NCBI GenBank assembly: GCA_030704615.1
Contig: CM060731.1
Location: forward strand, 84,692,001 to 84,756,000
Direction: 5' to 3'
DNA: 64,000 bases
Source: Takakia lepidozioides
Lineage: Eukaryota; Plantae; Bryophyta
Shown here in pieces: positions 36,724-49,400 of the stretch; position 1 is the first letter of the stretch, and every line of letters starts with the position of its first letter. The notes beneath the pieces are model-generated. The model was not told the origin of the DNA and ran no database searches. It saw only the letters and a list, made by a program, of their open reading frames with translations. Both the position numbers and the translations under genes were made by a program.

Positions 36724-38355
36724 AAAAGGGGATCCCGATGTACACATTAGCCAATTTGAGCACATGTGTATAGTGAACAATGAGAATGGCGATGATGCCA
36801 AGATGAGATTGTTTCCTTGTTCACTTATCAAGAAAGCAAGTGAATGGTATGCAAGATTCCCTGATAATCATTTCCTAACCTGGAATGGCTTGAATACAGC
36901 ATTTCGAAATAGGTTCAGGACAAGTAAAACTGAGGATGAAGTGTATGGAAGTTTACAACAGCTGAAGCAGAAGAAGCATGAAACTGTTGAAGAGTATATG
37001 GAGAAGATGGAATTGATGATGAAAAAGCTGGCTGCAGTACCAGCGCCCGGTTTACAGAAGACTTGGTTTGTGAGTGGACTAAGACCAGAGTTGCAAAAGA
37101 AATTGGATATGTTACCCCATAACACAGTGGAGGAGGCATTTGAAACTGCGAACAGAATTGAGCAATTGGGAATGCTCAGGAGAGAGAAAAAAGAAGATGA
37201 GGACTCTGAGGATGAGTCAGATGAAGAAGAAGAGCAAGAACTAAAAAGAAAGAGTAAGAGAAAGGAAAAGTTGAAGAGGGATAACTATGAAAAAAAATTG
37301 GAAGAAATCTTGAAGAAGTATGCCACAGAGGCTGCAACACATTGGAGGAAGGGTGTATGGTGTGCAAAGTGCCAGAATGAAGGCCATACCACCACAGAAT
37401 GCCACATGAAGGAGAAACACTGTACTATCTGTAAAATGGATAACCATTCTACTGAGAATTGTTACTACAACAGAAGGACAGCTGCAAGAGAACCTAGGCA
37501 AGTAAGGGTGCATCAGGTGCAGCCCCAGCCAAGAAGAAACAATGATCAGGACCACTATGGTAGGTCTGGTGGTTATAACAATGGCATGGAAGGGAGAGGT
37601 AATTCAAGAGGGAATTACCAAGGAAATTCCAGAGGCAACTATCAGGGTAATCCAAGGGGGAATTACCAGCCCGGGAATCAGGATTATAGAAATAATCCAA
37701 GAACAGACCAAGGGCGAGGACCCAATGGTGAAGAGCTATGTTACTATTGTAATCAGCCAGGACATCGCAAGGCAGCCTGTTCATTCTGGATAAGACACCA
37801 GAATGAGATGAGAGCTCCTGTGAATGAGGGCCCAGTGGTGGCAGCTCACATGGTTAGGCCATGTGTTGTACCAGAAGTAAGTACAATGATAGTAACAAGA
37901 AGTAAAGCCAAACTAATACCTCCAGTAGAAGAGGAAGAAGATGAGACTGGAAGTGGCAATGATATGCCTGAAGATGAAGAGACTTGGAAAGATGAGAAGG
38001 AACTGCACAAGGAAGTGGCAGATACTATAAGGGAAATGCAAAAGAGTACTGATATTCCTGTGGCAGATTCCTCTGATTCGGATGGAGAAAAAGAAGGGAG
38101 TGAGGAAGAAAGGAAAAAAGAAGATGCAGACATGCAAAGTAATGAAGAGACTTCGGCTGCAGTAATATGTCAGACCAAAGCAGAAATTACCATTGGACAG
38201 CTATTAGCTGTGGCACCTTATTGTAGGCACAGGCTGTATCAGGCAATCAATCGAATTGCCCAAGAGACAGGAAACACAGACCTAAACAGCAAGGTGACCA
38301 GTTATAATGTGAAGTCGGAAGGGCGAGAACCAGTCATGGACTTTGATGATTCTAT
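36724..38355 (+). pseudogene. gag: gag core segment (open frame, three CCHC knuckles), inverted and fused to MULE-2 right half
   Basis: GKGDPDVHISQFE...CAKCQNEGHTTTEC, CTICKMDNHSTENC, CYYCNQPGHRKAAC ...VMDFDDSM. The normal continuation is at 17327. Confidence 0.92.
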
Positions 38356-40704
38356 GCGATGGCAGGGAATGGCGAGTTCCACCATCGGACAGCGTCATAT
38401 ACAGGGCTGTTGGGGACTTCATTTGCCCGCCAAATGCACCTTCTATCCTGGCGCCTTCCACGAAACAATCCGCGAATCAGAGAGTGGCTACCTCAAAGAG
38501 AGAAGTCCGCAACGAAGTAAATCCAGAGCCGAACCCATCCATGAAGACGAGCGAGAACCGGGTTGTTCACAACCTGTCCGACTCAGAGGAGGTCATGGAA
38601 GTTCCGAGGTCGTCCTGGAGATCAGGCAAGTCCTCAATGGACGTCAGTGGAGGAGGGAGTCATATTCCCAGCACGAGCACCGCAGTTCGATCTATTCTTG
38701 AAATTCTGCGAGGGCTTCACCTGGAGGGACACCGGTCGGAGCTAGCCGGGCTGGACTACAGCAAGTTCGCAATTAAATCGGTTACATGCCTTCCCGCCGA
38801 CGTCGACGGTAATATCTTCTTTGAGTTCCCTCCTCGGGCGGACTACTCGAGGGCGTCCGGAATGTTGACAGATATGGATAGAAAATATGACGGTCATCCT
38901 TGGTGCGTTACCAAAACCACCAGCATGAAGATGCTCGATGGTGTGCGGGTGCGCTACGTTGTTTGTGCGGGCGCGTTGCGGTGTTTCTCCCCAACTTGCT
39001 TCCACATGAGAATTGGAAGCACAGAACTAACTGATGTACTGATAGATGGAGGTTCTGGAGTAAATATCATGACAGACCAATTAAGCAATCCAGAGGTCAC
39101 AGGAACGAGACCGATTGGACAGGCACAGCTCATCAACCATTTCGAGCTCATGAGAAGGTTCCGAACTCCACATTTAAGTGTGCACATTGCAAAGAACCAC
39201 CACACTGCATGTCTGTTTGTAATGCCAAGCAGTTCTATGTGTTGCACCATTTCCCTGACCTCACCCGAGCTTGCATACACGTTGGTTCCCATTGTCACAA
39301 ATTGGCGAGGGGGAACTCGCGGGAGGCTGCCCACGAGGCAGAGCAGCTCGTTCAGGAGGAGGTTAAGTTGAGACCGGGTGCCAAACCCAAACAGATACAG
39401 CTCCAAGCCGCCCATAAGATGGCATTGGCCAGAATTATGTCGGAAGACGGCTCCAATAGAGTTCCTCTCGATGATAAAGAAATGGAGGCATTGCTGGAGT
39501 CGGTGTCCGACGTATGTTCACCAAATGTCCGAAACCACATTGTCTCATGCAAACAGAAAATTGGGCGTGGCTCGGATATGCACTCCATTCTGGAGGTGAA
39601 GCGACGATGTGGATATGACTACATTCATGGAAGTAGGTTTCCATGACAAGGGACTGAGGCAGATCGTTGTTTCGTATTCAAAATGTCCACGTGTGGACCT
39701 GGCAGCGGCGTCAAACTGGTCGATAGGATGACGAGTGGGGACTTGTCAAACAGTTGGGTCATGTTCGACCATATCAAGCGAATTACAAATCACCAGTGGG
39801 TGACAATGGGTGCACATGTCTACGACACCCACTACAGGATGCTAATGACAATTGCTATTTGTGAGATGAAAGGAGAGGACACACAATCGGAGATGCTTCT
39901 TTGGCAGGGAATAAACGAACAGATGGCCAAGGCGGGATTGCCCCCTCCCAATTTCCGTGGTTTCATGGCGGACAACGCACAAGCAAATTGGGCTGCCATC
40001 CGAAGGGTGTACGGGCAAGACCCCAATGTTCCCATGGAAGGCAAGGAGAGATCTTGTGGGTTCCATTTTCTGCAGAGCCTTTCGCAGTACACAACCAGGC
40101 TCGTGGCGCCAGATTTCAGAGAGGAGCACCGTTTCTCTTTTTTGGGCCGAAAACTGGCTAAGTCCCAACATGCACTAGTACCGTGTCTGGAAAAATGGCG
40201 CCGAATTTCTTTTTTTTGGGCCGAAAACTGGCTAAGTCCCAACATGCACTGGTATAGTGTCTGGAAAAATGGCGCCGAATTTCCCTATTTTGCGCCGAAA
40301 ACTGGCTAAGTCCGAACATGCACTGGAAAAATGGCGCCGAATTACCTGTCATGAGGGGACCTATAGCCGCGGAATTCGGCACCATTTTTCGCCAAAGAGA
40401 CCTATTACCGCGAAATACGTCGCCGTTTTTTCAGGTTACGGACCCTGTTACCGCGAAATTCGGCGCCATATTTGCACATGTCGCTGGGAATTGGCATGAG
40501 CGGAAGACGAAATATCATGAGCACAACTGTCAAAACTACAATTTTCCCTTCAAGGGGCCGAATAATATATTTGTTTTTCCTGACACATTGCATTAAATTA
40601 TTGTTTTATTGTTTTTTATTTTCGAAATTTGTACTTCTGCTCATGAAAACCGATTGTCTTACTACTCCGCTCATGCCGCTCATGCTCATGAAATAGCTAA
40701 CCTC
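38356..40704 (+). mobile_element. MULE-2 right half: truncated transposase (38356-~40130), subterminal repeats, right TIR
   Basis: Matches 55311-57008 and ~58945-59426. TIR GCTCATGAAATAGCTAACCTC is followed by TSD TCAAGATG(G). Confidence 0.9.
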
Positions 40705-41080
40705 TCAAGATGGAAGGTCTGGAAGCTGGAAAGCGAGTGCACACTCACATTATCCAAGTGGATTCATGCCGAATTGTTTTCTACTCAACACCCTTATCAA
40801 CATGTATATTAAGTGCTGGAGCATCAGGGATGCTCACCAAGTATTCAACAGAATGCCTCAATGATCTTTGATCACGTGGAGAATTATGTTGGAAGGATTT
40901 ACCAAGCATAGGTGTGGTAGGAATTATATGAGCAAATGATGTGTGAAGCGGTGAAGCCCAACCACAATACATTTGTTTGTGTTTGCAATGCGTGTGCAAA
41001 CCTGGGAGCTGTGGAAAAGAGGAAAGAGGTCCATAGGGACATTATCAAAGCTGGAATTGTACCAGATGTCATCCTTGAAA
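40705..41080 (+). pseudogene. PPR gene fragment (continuation of 26798)
   Basis: KMEGLEAGKRVHTHII... and YEQMMCEAVKPNHNTFVCVCNACANLGAVEKRKEVHRDIIKAGIVPDVIL. Confidence 0.85.
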
Positions 41081-41214
41081 CAGAAGCGGCAGCAGAACAA
41101 TTGATAGAACAATTTGCTTCTAATGAAGGTACCTTCTCCAACACATTTCACCCTGTTTTGCCCTGTTATCAAAGTCGTCCCTAAGATTTAATGTAGAATT
41201 TTGCAAGTTAGCTC

Positions 41215-42570
41215 GTTCGTGATGTGAGCTGGCATGAGTTTTATAAAGATGCTTCACGATGGTGGGACAACCGTAATCACAAGGTGTGGCTTTTCTTAAT
41301 GTACGAGAAGTTTGTCCATCCTGCCAAGGTGGGCTCTTGGCTCCTGTTAGTACCATGATTTGGTATTCTTCCTGATGTTTACAAGGTTCTTGGGAGAGTC
41401 AGCTTGGTCTTAGCAGGCTGTGTTTCAATCTCTGCCTGCTCAGTTGCACCGTGGTGGTTCTCATAGACCAATCCGACATTACCTGACTACAGACACAAAC
41501 AGCATACACAAGAGGTCATTTTGGGTTGATGGTCGGTCAAATCCTCCATGGGTCAAGGACAATGTAGTGAGGGCACCTTCTTCTTCGACCTGTTTCAGCC
41601 TGTTTTGCCCTCTCATCAGACTTGGCCCTGATGCATATTGAATTCTGTAAGTTAGCTTGTTGGGTGGATCTGTGGTGGTTTAGAGTAACTTTGACAAGTT
41701 ACTGCCGATGTGGCCGCATGAAGTATCCAGAACCAGTTAACTGAGATGAGGATAAGCTTTGGAATGAACACTCCGACCCCAGTCAATGGTGGGACAATGG
41801 AGACAAAAAGGTGAACGCCTGTTGGACTATAGAGAGAAGCAGATGCAATATAGAATTGGAACTACTGTAATAAGTAGGGCTCGGGTGTTTGCTGGAAATT
41901 GCACGCCGTCAGTGTCAGCTGCTAGCAGCAAGGCTGAGGATGTATTTATGATTTGTACATAGGCAGGGATATATAGCTGAAGGACCAGGGATAGAGGTCC
42001 AGAGTTATCGAAGAAGACCGGATTTCAAACACAAGATTAATTCTGATTCCCTGTGGATCAATAGCTACAAGTGGGTAGATGGTCAACTGGAAACAGCAGC
42101 GGCAGCAGCACAATTGATAGAACAAGACACTGCAAATGAAGGTACCTTCTTCAACACATTTCACCCTGTTTTTCCTTGCTATCAGAGTCGTCCCTGAATT
42201 TTGATGTCGAACTCTGCAAGTTAGCTGAGGAGAAGCTCTGGAATGAATACGTTTCCGACCCCAGTCAATGGTGGAACAATCGAGGCAAAAAGGTGAATGC
42301 CTGTTGGAAGCAGACGCAAGTCAGCATAGGAACTAGTATGATAAGTAGGGTTGGGGTGTTTGCTGGAACAATTCTAAGCTGTCATTGTCAGCTGCTAGCA
42401 GCAAGACAAGGATGTAATTTGTGCAGAGGTATGGATAGCTAAAGGGGCAGGGATAGAGTGTGGGTCCAGATTCATCCAAGAGGGCCGGATTTCAAGCTCC
42501 AAATTACCTACGATTCCCTGTGGAAGGATAGCTACAAGAAACTTGCATGGGTAGATGGTCAATTTCTTGT
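41215..42570 (+). pseudogene. Degenerate OSB-like (organellar ssDNA-binding) PDF-motif exons, three related copies with intron-like spacers
   Basis: WWDNRNHK...PDYRHK...WVDGRSNPPWV; KLWNE..SDPSQWWDN/WWNNRGKK; RPDFKHKINSDSLWINS (~42016); PDFKLQITYDSLWKDS (~42485). Confidence 0.72.
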
Positions 42571-43532
42571 TGTGGTAGTGTTTAGCAACATCGTGCTTGA
42601 ACAATTAAAGATGTTTTGGGAATATATATAGGCAGACTGGTTCGAACACCATGTCAGTGTCTGAAGTATTAACATCCAATATCGTTCGAAGGTGCAATGT
42701 CATCTGAGGTTGTGTTGTGGTGTTTCTATGGATGACATGTTTGATTGTAATTGTGTCTTTCATATTGTATCATGTTGTTGCTTCTGCCAGTCTATGCAAA
42801 AGGGTTGGTGGTAGAATCTTTCTTTGTCACTCTTTGCAACTGCCAGCAGGGTTGGGGGTCGATTCTTTGGTCATTGGAAGATTAATGCATGCTCTCTTTC
42901 CCTGCAAAGGGGTTGTGTCTTGGTATAGATGGTTATTTTTTATTTTATTTTTTAATTAAAATTATTAAAATAAATAAATATAATTAATTTAAAATGAGAT
43001 GGCCTTTCCTCTTTGCCAATTGTTGTGCTTATGAGAGCTCCACATTAATTAATCATTCAAAATTAAATAATATTTAATAAATTATAAAATCTACATGATC
43101 AACACGTGTCAGTTGCTCCAACAAGACCACGTGCCATCTGTAGCGTTGTAGTAGTGTTGTAGTGATATAGTCATATCCATAGTCATATTTGACATTGCAC
43201 CATCAGGCGATGAATACACATGTCAAATCCCAAGGATCCCACGTGTCACACATAGGCCTCTCCATGTAGGCGCAATGTTGTAGTGATGTAGTTGTAACCT
43301 CAGTTATAACTTACAGTCGTGTAGTTATTTTTGTTATGACTACATCGCCAAACCCTACATCACTATCCCATGCCACGTCCTCAGTGACGACCATGACTTT
43401 GCACTTATCACTCCGTAGTCATGGTAGAACTGACTTCGTGTTTGTCACTGCAAAGTGAGGTAGTCATAAAAGCACTTATCACTGCAAATGCAGTGATATC
43501 CATAGTCATAAAAACGTTAATCTGTACTAGTG

Positions 43533-46191
43533 GGAACACCAAGAGTAGGAACTCCAGTTTCTGAAACACAAGACAAAGAAGGAGAGGAAGATGTGGCAGA
43601 GCCAACGGAGAGTTCAAACTCTCCAACACCACTTCAGTTGAGTTATATGAGTGAGGAAGAAGAAATCCAAGAGAAGAACTTGGAAGATGAAAACAAAGAG
43701 AAGAATTTGGAAGATGAAGAATATGAAGAAGTAGACCCAACAGTTGAGGTTGAGACTACAACCAGGACATCCGAACCTGTTGGACCTGGATCAAGTGGAG
43801 CACTGGGATCACAGGCCAACACAGGTGTCGGCTCAGGGGGATCAGGCGGGCAGCTTGGATCTGGCTCTGGGGGGACAGGGAGTGTGGGAAGTAGTGCAAC
43901 TGGAGCTGGGGGTACTGCAAGTACAAGGGGGCCAGTAGCAAGGAGTGCTCAGGGGCCAACATCTAGTGGGAATTCCACCACTACAACATCAGGTCCTCAA
44001 GGACCAACACCTATAGGAGGACCAGCACCTGTCAAAGGGCAGGGTGTAGGGCCACAGATGGCGGTATTTCCAACACGGGCAAAGCCACCTTTTCCAATAT
44101 ATGTAGGAAAAAGGGATCCTGATGTACACATCAGCCAATTTTGAGCACATGTGTATTGTGAACAATGAGAATGGCAATGATGCCAAAATGAGACTGTTTC
44201 CTTGTTCACTTATCAAGAAAGCAAGTGAATGGTATGCAAGGTTTCCTAATAATCATTTCCTAACCTGGAATGGCCTTAGTACAACATTCCAAAATAAATT
44301 CAGGACAAGCAAAACTGAGGATGAAGTGTATGGGAGTTTACAACAGTTCAAAAGGCAAAAGAAGCATGAAACTATTGAAGAATATATGGAAAAGATGGAG
44401 TTAATGATGAAAAAGCTGGTTGCTGTACCAGCACCAGGATTACAGAAGACTTGGTTTGTGAGTGGACTAAGACCTGAATTACAAAAGAAAGTGGATATGC
44501 TACCCCATAATAGGGTGGAGGAGGCATTCGAAACAGCCAACAGAATTGAGCAATTGGGAATGCTCATGAGAGATAAAAGGGATGATGAGAACTCTGAAGA
44601 TGAGTTAGATGAGGAAGAAGAGCAAGAGCTCAGGAGGAAGAGCAAGAAGAAGGAAAAGTTGAAGAGGGACAACTATGAAATTTTTTTGGAGAAAATCTTG
44701 AAAAAGTACGCCACAGAGGCTGCAACACATTGGAGGAAGGGTGTTTGGTGTGCAAAGTGCCAAAATGAAGGCCATACCACAGTTGAATGCCACATGAAGG
44801 AGAAACATTGTACTATCTGTAAAATGGATAACCATTCTACTGAGAATTGTTATTACAACAGAAGGACAGCTACAAGAGAACCTAGGCAAGTGAGGGTGCA
44901 TCAAGTGCAACCCCAACCAAGAAGAAACAATGACCAGGACCACTATGGTAGGCCTGGTGGATATAACAATGGTATGGCAGGAAGAGGTAATCCAAGAGGG
45001 AATTACCAAGGCAATCCGAGAGGCAACTATCAGGGTAATCCAAGGGGGAATTATCAGCCAGGGAATCAGGATTATAGAAATAATCCCAGAATAGACCAAG
45101 GGCGAGGACCTAATGGTGAAGAACTGTGTTACTATTGTAACCAGGCAAGACATCGCAAAGCAGCCTGTCCATTCTGGATCAGACACCAGAATGAGATGAG
45201 AGCTCATGTGAATGAAGGGCCAGTAGTGGCAGCTTACATGGTTATGCCAAGTTTTGTACCAGAAGTAAGTACAATGAAAGTTACCAGAAGCAAAGCTAAA
45301 CTATTACCTCTAGTGGATGAGGAAGAAGATGTTAATGAAGATGGCAGTGATGTGCCTGAAGATGATGAGGCATGGAGAGATGAGAAGGAACTGCACAAGG
45401 AAGTGGCTGATACCATGAGGGAAATGCAGAAGGATATTGATATCCCTATGGCAGATTCTTCTGACTTTGAAAGAGAAGATGAAGAAGGTGAAGATGAAGT
45501 GAAGCAAGAGGCTTCACAGGTGTAGGATAATGAAGGGGCTTTGGCGGAAGTAATATGCCAATCCAAAGCTGAGATTACAATTGGGCAGCATGGCTGTGGC
45601 ACCCCATTGTAGACACAGGCTGTATCAAGAAATCAATCAGATTGCTCATGTGATAGAGAACACAGACCTGAACAGCAAGGTAACAAGTTAGAATGTAAAG
45701 CCTGAAGGGCGAGAAATAGTCATGGACTTTGATGATTCCATGCCAGTAATCCAATTGAGAATTGAAAGCACAGACTTGACTGATGTACTGATAGATGGAG
45801 GCTCAGGAGTGATATTATGATAGACCAGTTAAGGCAGAAGCTTGGTCTAAGTAACATGAAACTAGCCCCATTCACAGTAACAATGGCAGATCAAAGGAGT
45901 GTACAACCATTGGGCTTGATAAGAGGAGTAAAGATACAGATTCAGAAGATGATCTTTAAAATCACAGTGACTGTGTTGAAAATGGATGATGTCATGGAAG
46001 CTTACTCCTTACTGCTGGTTTGACCATGGCTGAAACAGGCCAGGGTAGTCCATGACTGGAATTCCTAGTTACTGAGTGTGCATGATGGGAAGCACAATAT
46101 ACAGATCACCACTAAGAAATCTGGTAGGCTACCTGCTACACGGAGACCTCGTGGAGTCAGAGAGTATGACTGGAGGGGAGGGCTTGATGAG
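43533..46191 (+). pseudogene. gag: gag-protease of Gypsy D (frameshifts/stops); resumes at 59427-59861
   Basis: gag motifs and LIDGGSG protease. ...WRGGLDE joins EQEATLF across the MULE-1 TSD. Confidence 0.9.
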
Positions 46192-46412
46192 GGGGGCTGC
46201 TATTTCATGAGCGGCATGAGCATGAGCGGAAAAAAAAAAAGCATGAGCAGACCATTGTGAGTCCACGGAAATAGGGTTAGGAGGCACGGAAATAGGGTCA
46301 TGTGAAGTTGGAATGTGGCACCAGTGGACTTGAAATGCAACATTTTATTGCAAATTTTGTGGCAAGCCACGTCTATACAAGTGTGTTCTAACTGTCATAG
46401 CCGGAATGGGCA

Positions 46413-49400
46413 CTACTCTCCTACACCCTCCGAGGAACTTGCCCCACCTTCTTCCTCATCCCCCTCATCCCCCTCATCCTCCGAGCTCTGTGATGCATCA
46501 GTTCCACTATGCCTCTCAAAAATCCCGTCCTCTCCTTGGGGGACTGTCCACCTCACCTCCTGGGAATCTTCTGCGTCTTCTCCCCCACTTTCCTCAGCAG
46601 AATCCAACACAAATCTACGAGCTCGACGGGCTGTAATAGCTGCTGCCTCCTCCCTCATCTTCATTTTCTTGAGGCTTGCCTCGTCTAAAATCTGCTGTAC
46701 ACGACTACGTTCGGAACACCTCCTAATGGACACCGAAGCAAGCCGGGCAGCATAAGTAGGAAGGATGTACTCCCTTTCTGGACTAGGCATGAAATCCCCC
46801 CTGGCAAAAAAAGGCACGTTCCTCCTGCCCATGAACTCCGGTGTAGACGTCCCTCCGGCAGTACTTGGCATCCTACAGTAAGAACAAATCCACTTGAAGA
46901 ATGTCAATACCAGCACAACCAGAAAGGGTTTTCAATGAAATAAGAGAGCGGAGGGAGGTGCCTCACAAAATCTGGAGGCAACTTACAATGCCACCACTCA
47001 CTCGTAAACCGGGGGCTCCTCGGCCTCGATCCCAACTTCCTCCCCCTGCTCCTTCTCGGATTTTTCCTCATCCTCCGAGGATGCCTCTTCCTCTTTCGGC
47101 AGACGTTCAGCCGCTGCAAGTTCCGAGTTGTGGAGGGCAGTATCTGGCTCGAAGGCGAACACATGCCTGTCGGACAACGTCCCTGCCCACATTGAAGCAC
47201 CTGAGGAACAAAGCGGGCGGTTAATAGCTTGCGGCATGCAATTGCAATGGGGCCAGGGGACAAACTGAGCACGTGAAGGCTTACCCGTGCCGCATGTGAG
47301 GTCCAGAATCCGCCCTTGGACATCCGAGCACGTCTCCATGAGGGTTTGGATGAAAGCAGGGCTCCGGGTCCGGCTGTACCGCCACGGTTTGCCTGTCTTT
47401 GTGTCCTTCGGCATACTAGAGTGGGGCACATAGTTGTAGAGGACATCGTAGGTTACAGGGTCCACAGCGGCATCAACAAGACGACCGTCGTTGCGGAATT
47501 TGAACGTAGACCCTCTCTTCACAAAGCAATATGCCTCAAACACCAATGTCTGCACATCCAACAAAGAAGGGATCAATTCCAGGGTCTACTTAACATACAC
47601 CACAATATGAAGTGAATGCAATAGATTGATAACTTACACTTTGGCCCTCTGTTCGCAACCCCTGCGTACTGATGCAGAACCATTTTCTGAGGAGGACCGG
47701 GGTGATACTTTTCGGTGTCCACCTTGCCACCGCATTCTCTGTGGTCTTCCCTCTCGTGGCAAGGACAACCACACATCCACCGTCATCCAGAAGCATCCCC
47801 GCCAGCCCAAACCCGGCTTTCCAGTAGTCCTCAGTAAACCTGTTCCAGGTGGGCACACCATCCAGGCCCTCCAGCAGCTCCCCATCTGGAATGTCGAGGA
47901 GAATCATGTCGCAAGCTCTCTCCACCTCAACCCCCCCCGAGTGCTCTTGCAATTTGTGCTCACAGCCGTGAAGAATTCCATCATGGCTTCAAAACCAGGG
48001 GTGTCTTTAGGCTCTGTACCGGCAGCCCTCTTCTTGGCTTTCCCCTTCTGCTCCGCCAGAGACTTGTTGTGTGCCACCTTCTTCGCCCTGGCAGCGAGAG
48101 CGTCAAGGAAGCTCTCATTGACGCATTGGATGATGGTTGGAGGTTCTAGCTTTGGCCTGTGCGTAAACGTCACCGCCGAATACCGCCGTGTAGGCTCGCC
48201 CTCAAATGCCAACTTCTTGGCAGAGCCAGTCCCACTCCGAACTGACTTGGGAACCCGGACGACCGGTGACTGGGTAGGAGCAACAGCAGTCGCAGGACCT
48301 TGAACAAAATTGGCGTCGGAGTCACTCTCTTGGGTCCCCTCCTGCGCCTCCTCCGATGCCCCGATGGTTTTCTTCTTTTTGGGTGTTACTGCAGTCACCT
48401 GTTTCCTTGTCCTTTTCCTTTGACCTTTACTCTTCTCATGCAATTTCTCCTGAATTCCTGCCTGAGCAAGCTCTGCCGCTTTCCTGGAGTTCGCAAGCGC
48501 TTTTGCCTCTTTTGCACCCAACGGAGGCAGCGGAGCCCGGTTTCGTCGGAATTCAGCATCCAGCTTCAATTGAAACTCGGATGGGTCGAGCGAGCCGGGC
48601 GGAAGGTCCACATACCAAGGGCAATCACGCAAATGTTCCAGATGCCACTCCTTCACAATATCGTCACTGTACATGGAGTCAGCCCCAGGGTTCCTCCATG
48701 CCAGGAAGAATGGTGGCTCGAAAGACAGATGACCTTTCTCCAAAAGCGAGAACTTACAGTACCTGCATTCATGAAAAACACAATGAGGTCCGAAAATGGC
48801 TAAGTCTCTGAACGGCAATAGGGCCTACAACTGGAATATGGCGCCGAATTTCCACTTCAGGGCCACCCAGTCTAGGGACTTAGCCCGAAAATGGCTAAGT
48901 CCCTCGACGGCAATAGGGCCTAGAACTGGAAAACGGCGCCGAATTTCCAGTTCCGGGCCAGCCAGTCTAGGGACTTAGCCCGAAAATGGCTAAGTCCCTA
49001 GACGGCAATAGGGCCTAGAACTGGAAAACGGCGCCGAATTTCCAATTCCGGGCCAGCCATACTAGGGACTTAGGCCGAAAATGGCTAACTCCCTGAACGG
49101 CAATAGGGCCTAAAACTGGAATATGGCGCCGAATTTCCACTTCAGGGCCAGCCAGTCTAGGGACTTGGGCCGAAAATGGGTAAGTCCCTGAACGGCAATA
49201 GGGCCTGGAACTGGAAAATGGCGCCGAATTTCCAGTTCCGGGCCAGCCAGTCTAGGGACTTAGCCATTTTCGGAGCCCTGACTGGAAATTCGGCGCCATT
49301 TTCCCTAACACCACTTGAGGCCTCTAACATCCTGCAATGCCAGGACTTGAAAGAAAGGCAGCGCGTATGTACCTGTACAGAAGGCGCATTGCTGCTTTGT

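Larger units (their letters stand above)
40705..43532 (+). mobile_element. Non-autonomous CACTA element, right part
   Basis: Ends CCATAGTCATAAAAACGTTAATCTGTACTAGTG, with TSD GGA at 43533-43535 and subterminal TAGTCAT/TGTAGT repeats at 43140-43500. Confidence 0.88.

Noticed and set aside
36713-39371. Apparent gag-transposase and transposase-protease fusion proteins (662 aa, 342 aa)
   Set aside because: These are read-throughs across rearrangement junctions. The gag fusion reads the transposase out of frame, and the filler shifts the frame.
42930-43090. AT-rich stretch as a possible MITE or regulatory element
   Set aside because: No TIR/TSD found; it lies in the CACTA subterminal region.
43527-43531. 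Helitron-like CTAG/T 3' end
   Set aside because: It is part of a CACTA TIR that has a matching partner at 28258 and a 3-bp TSD.
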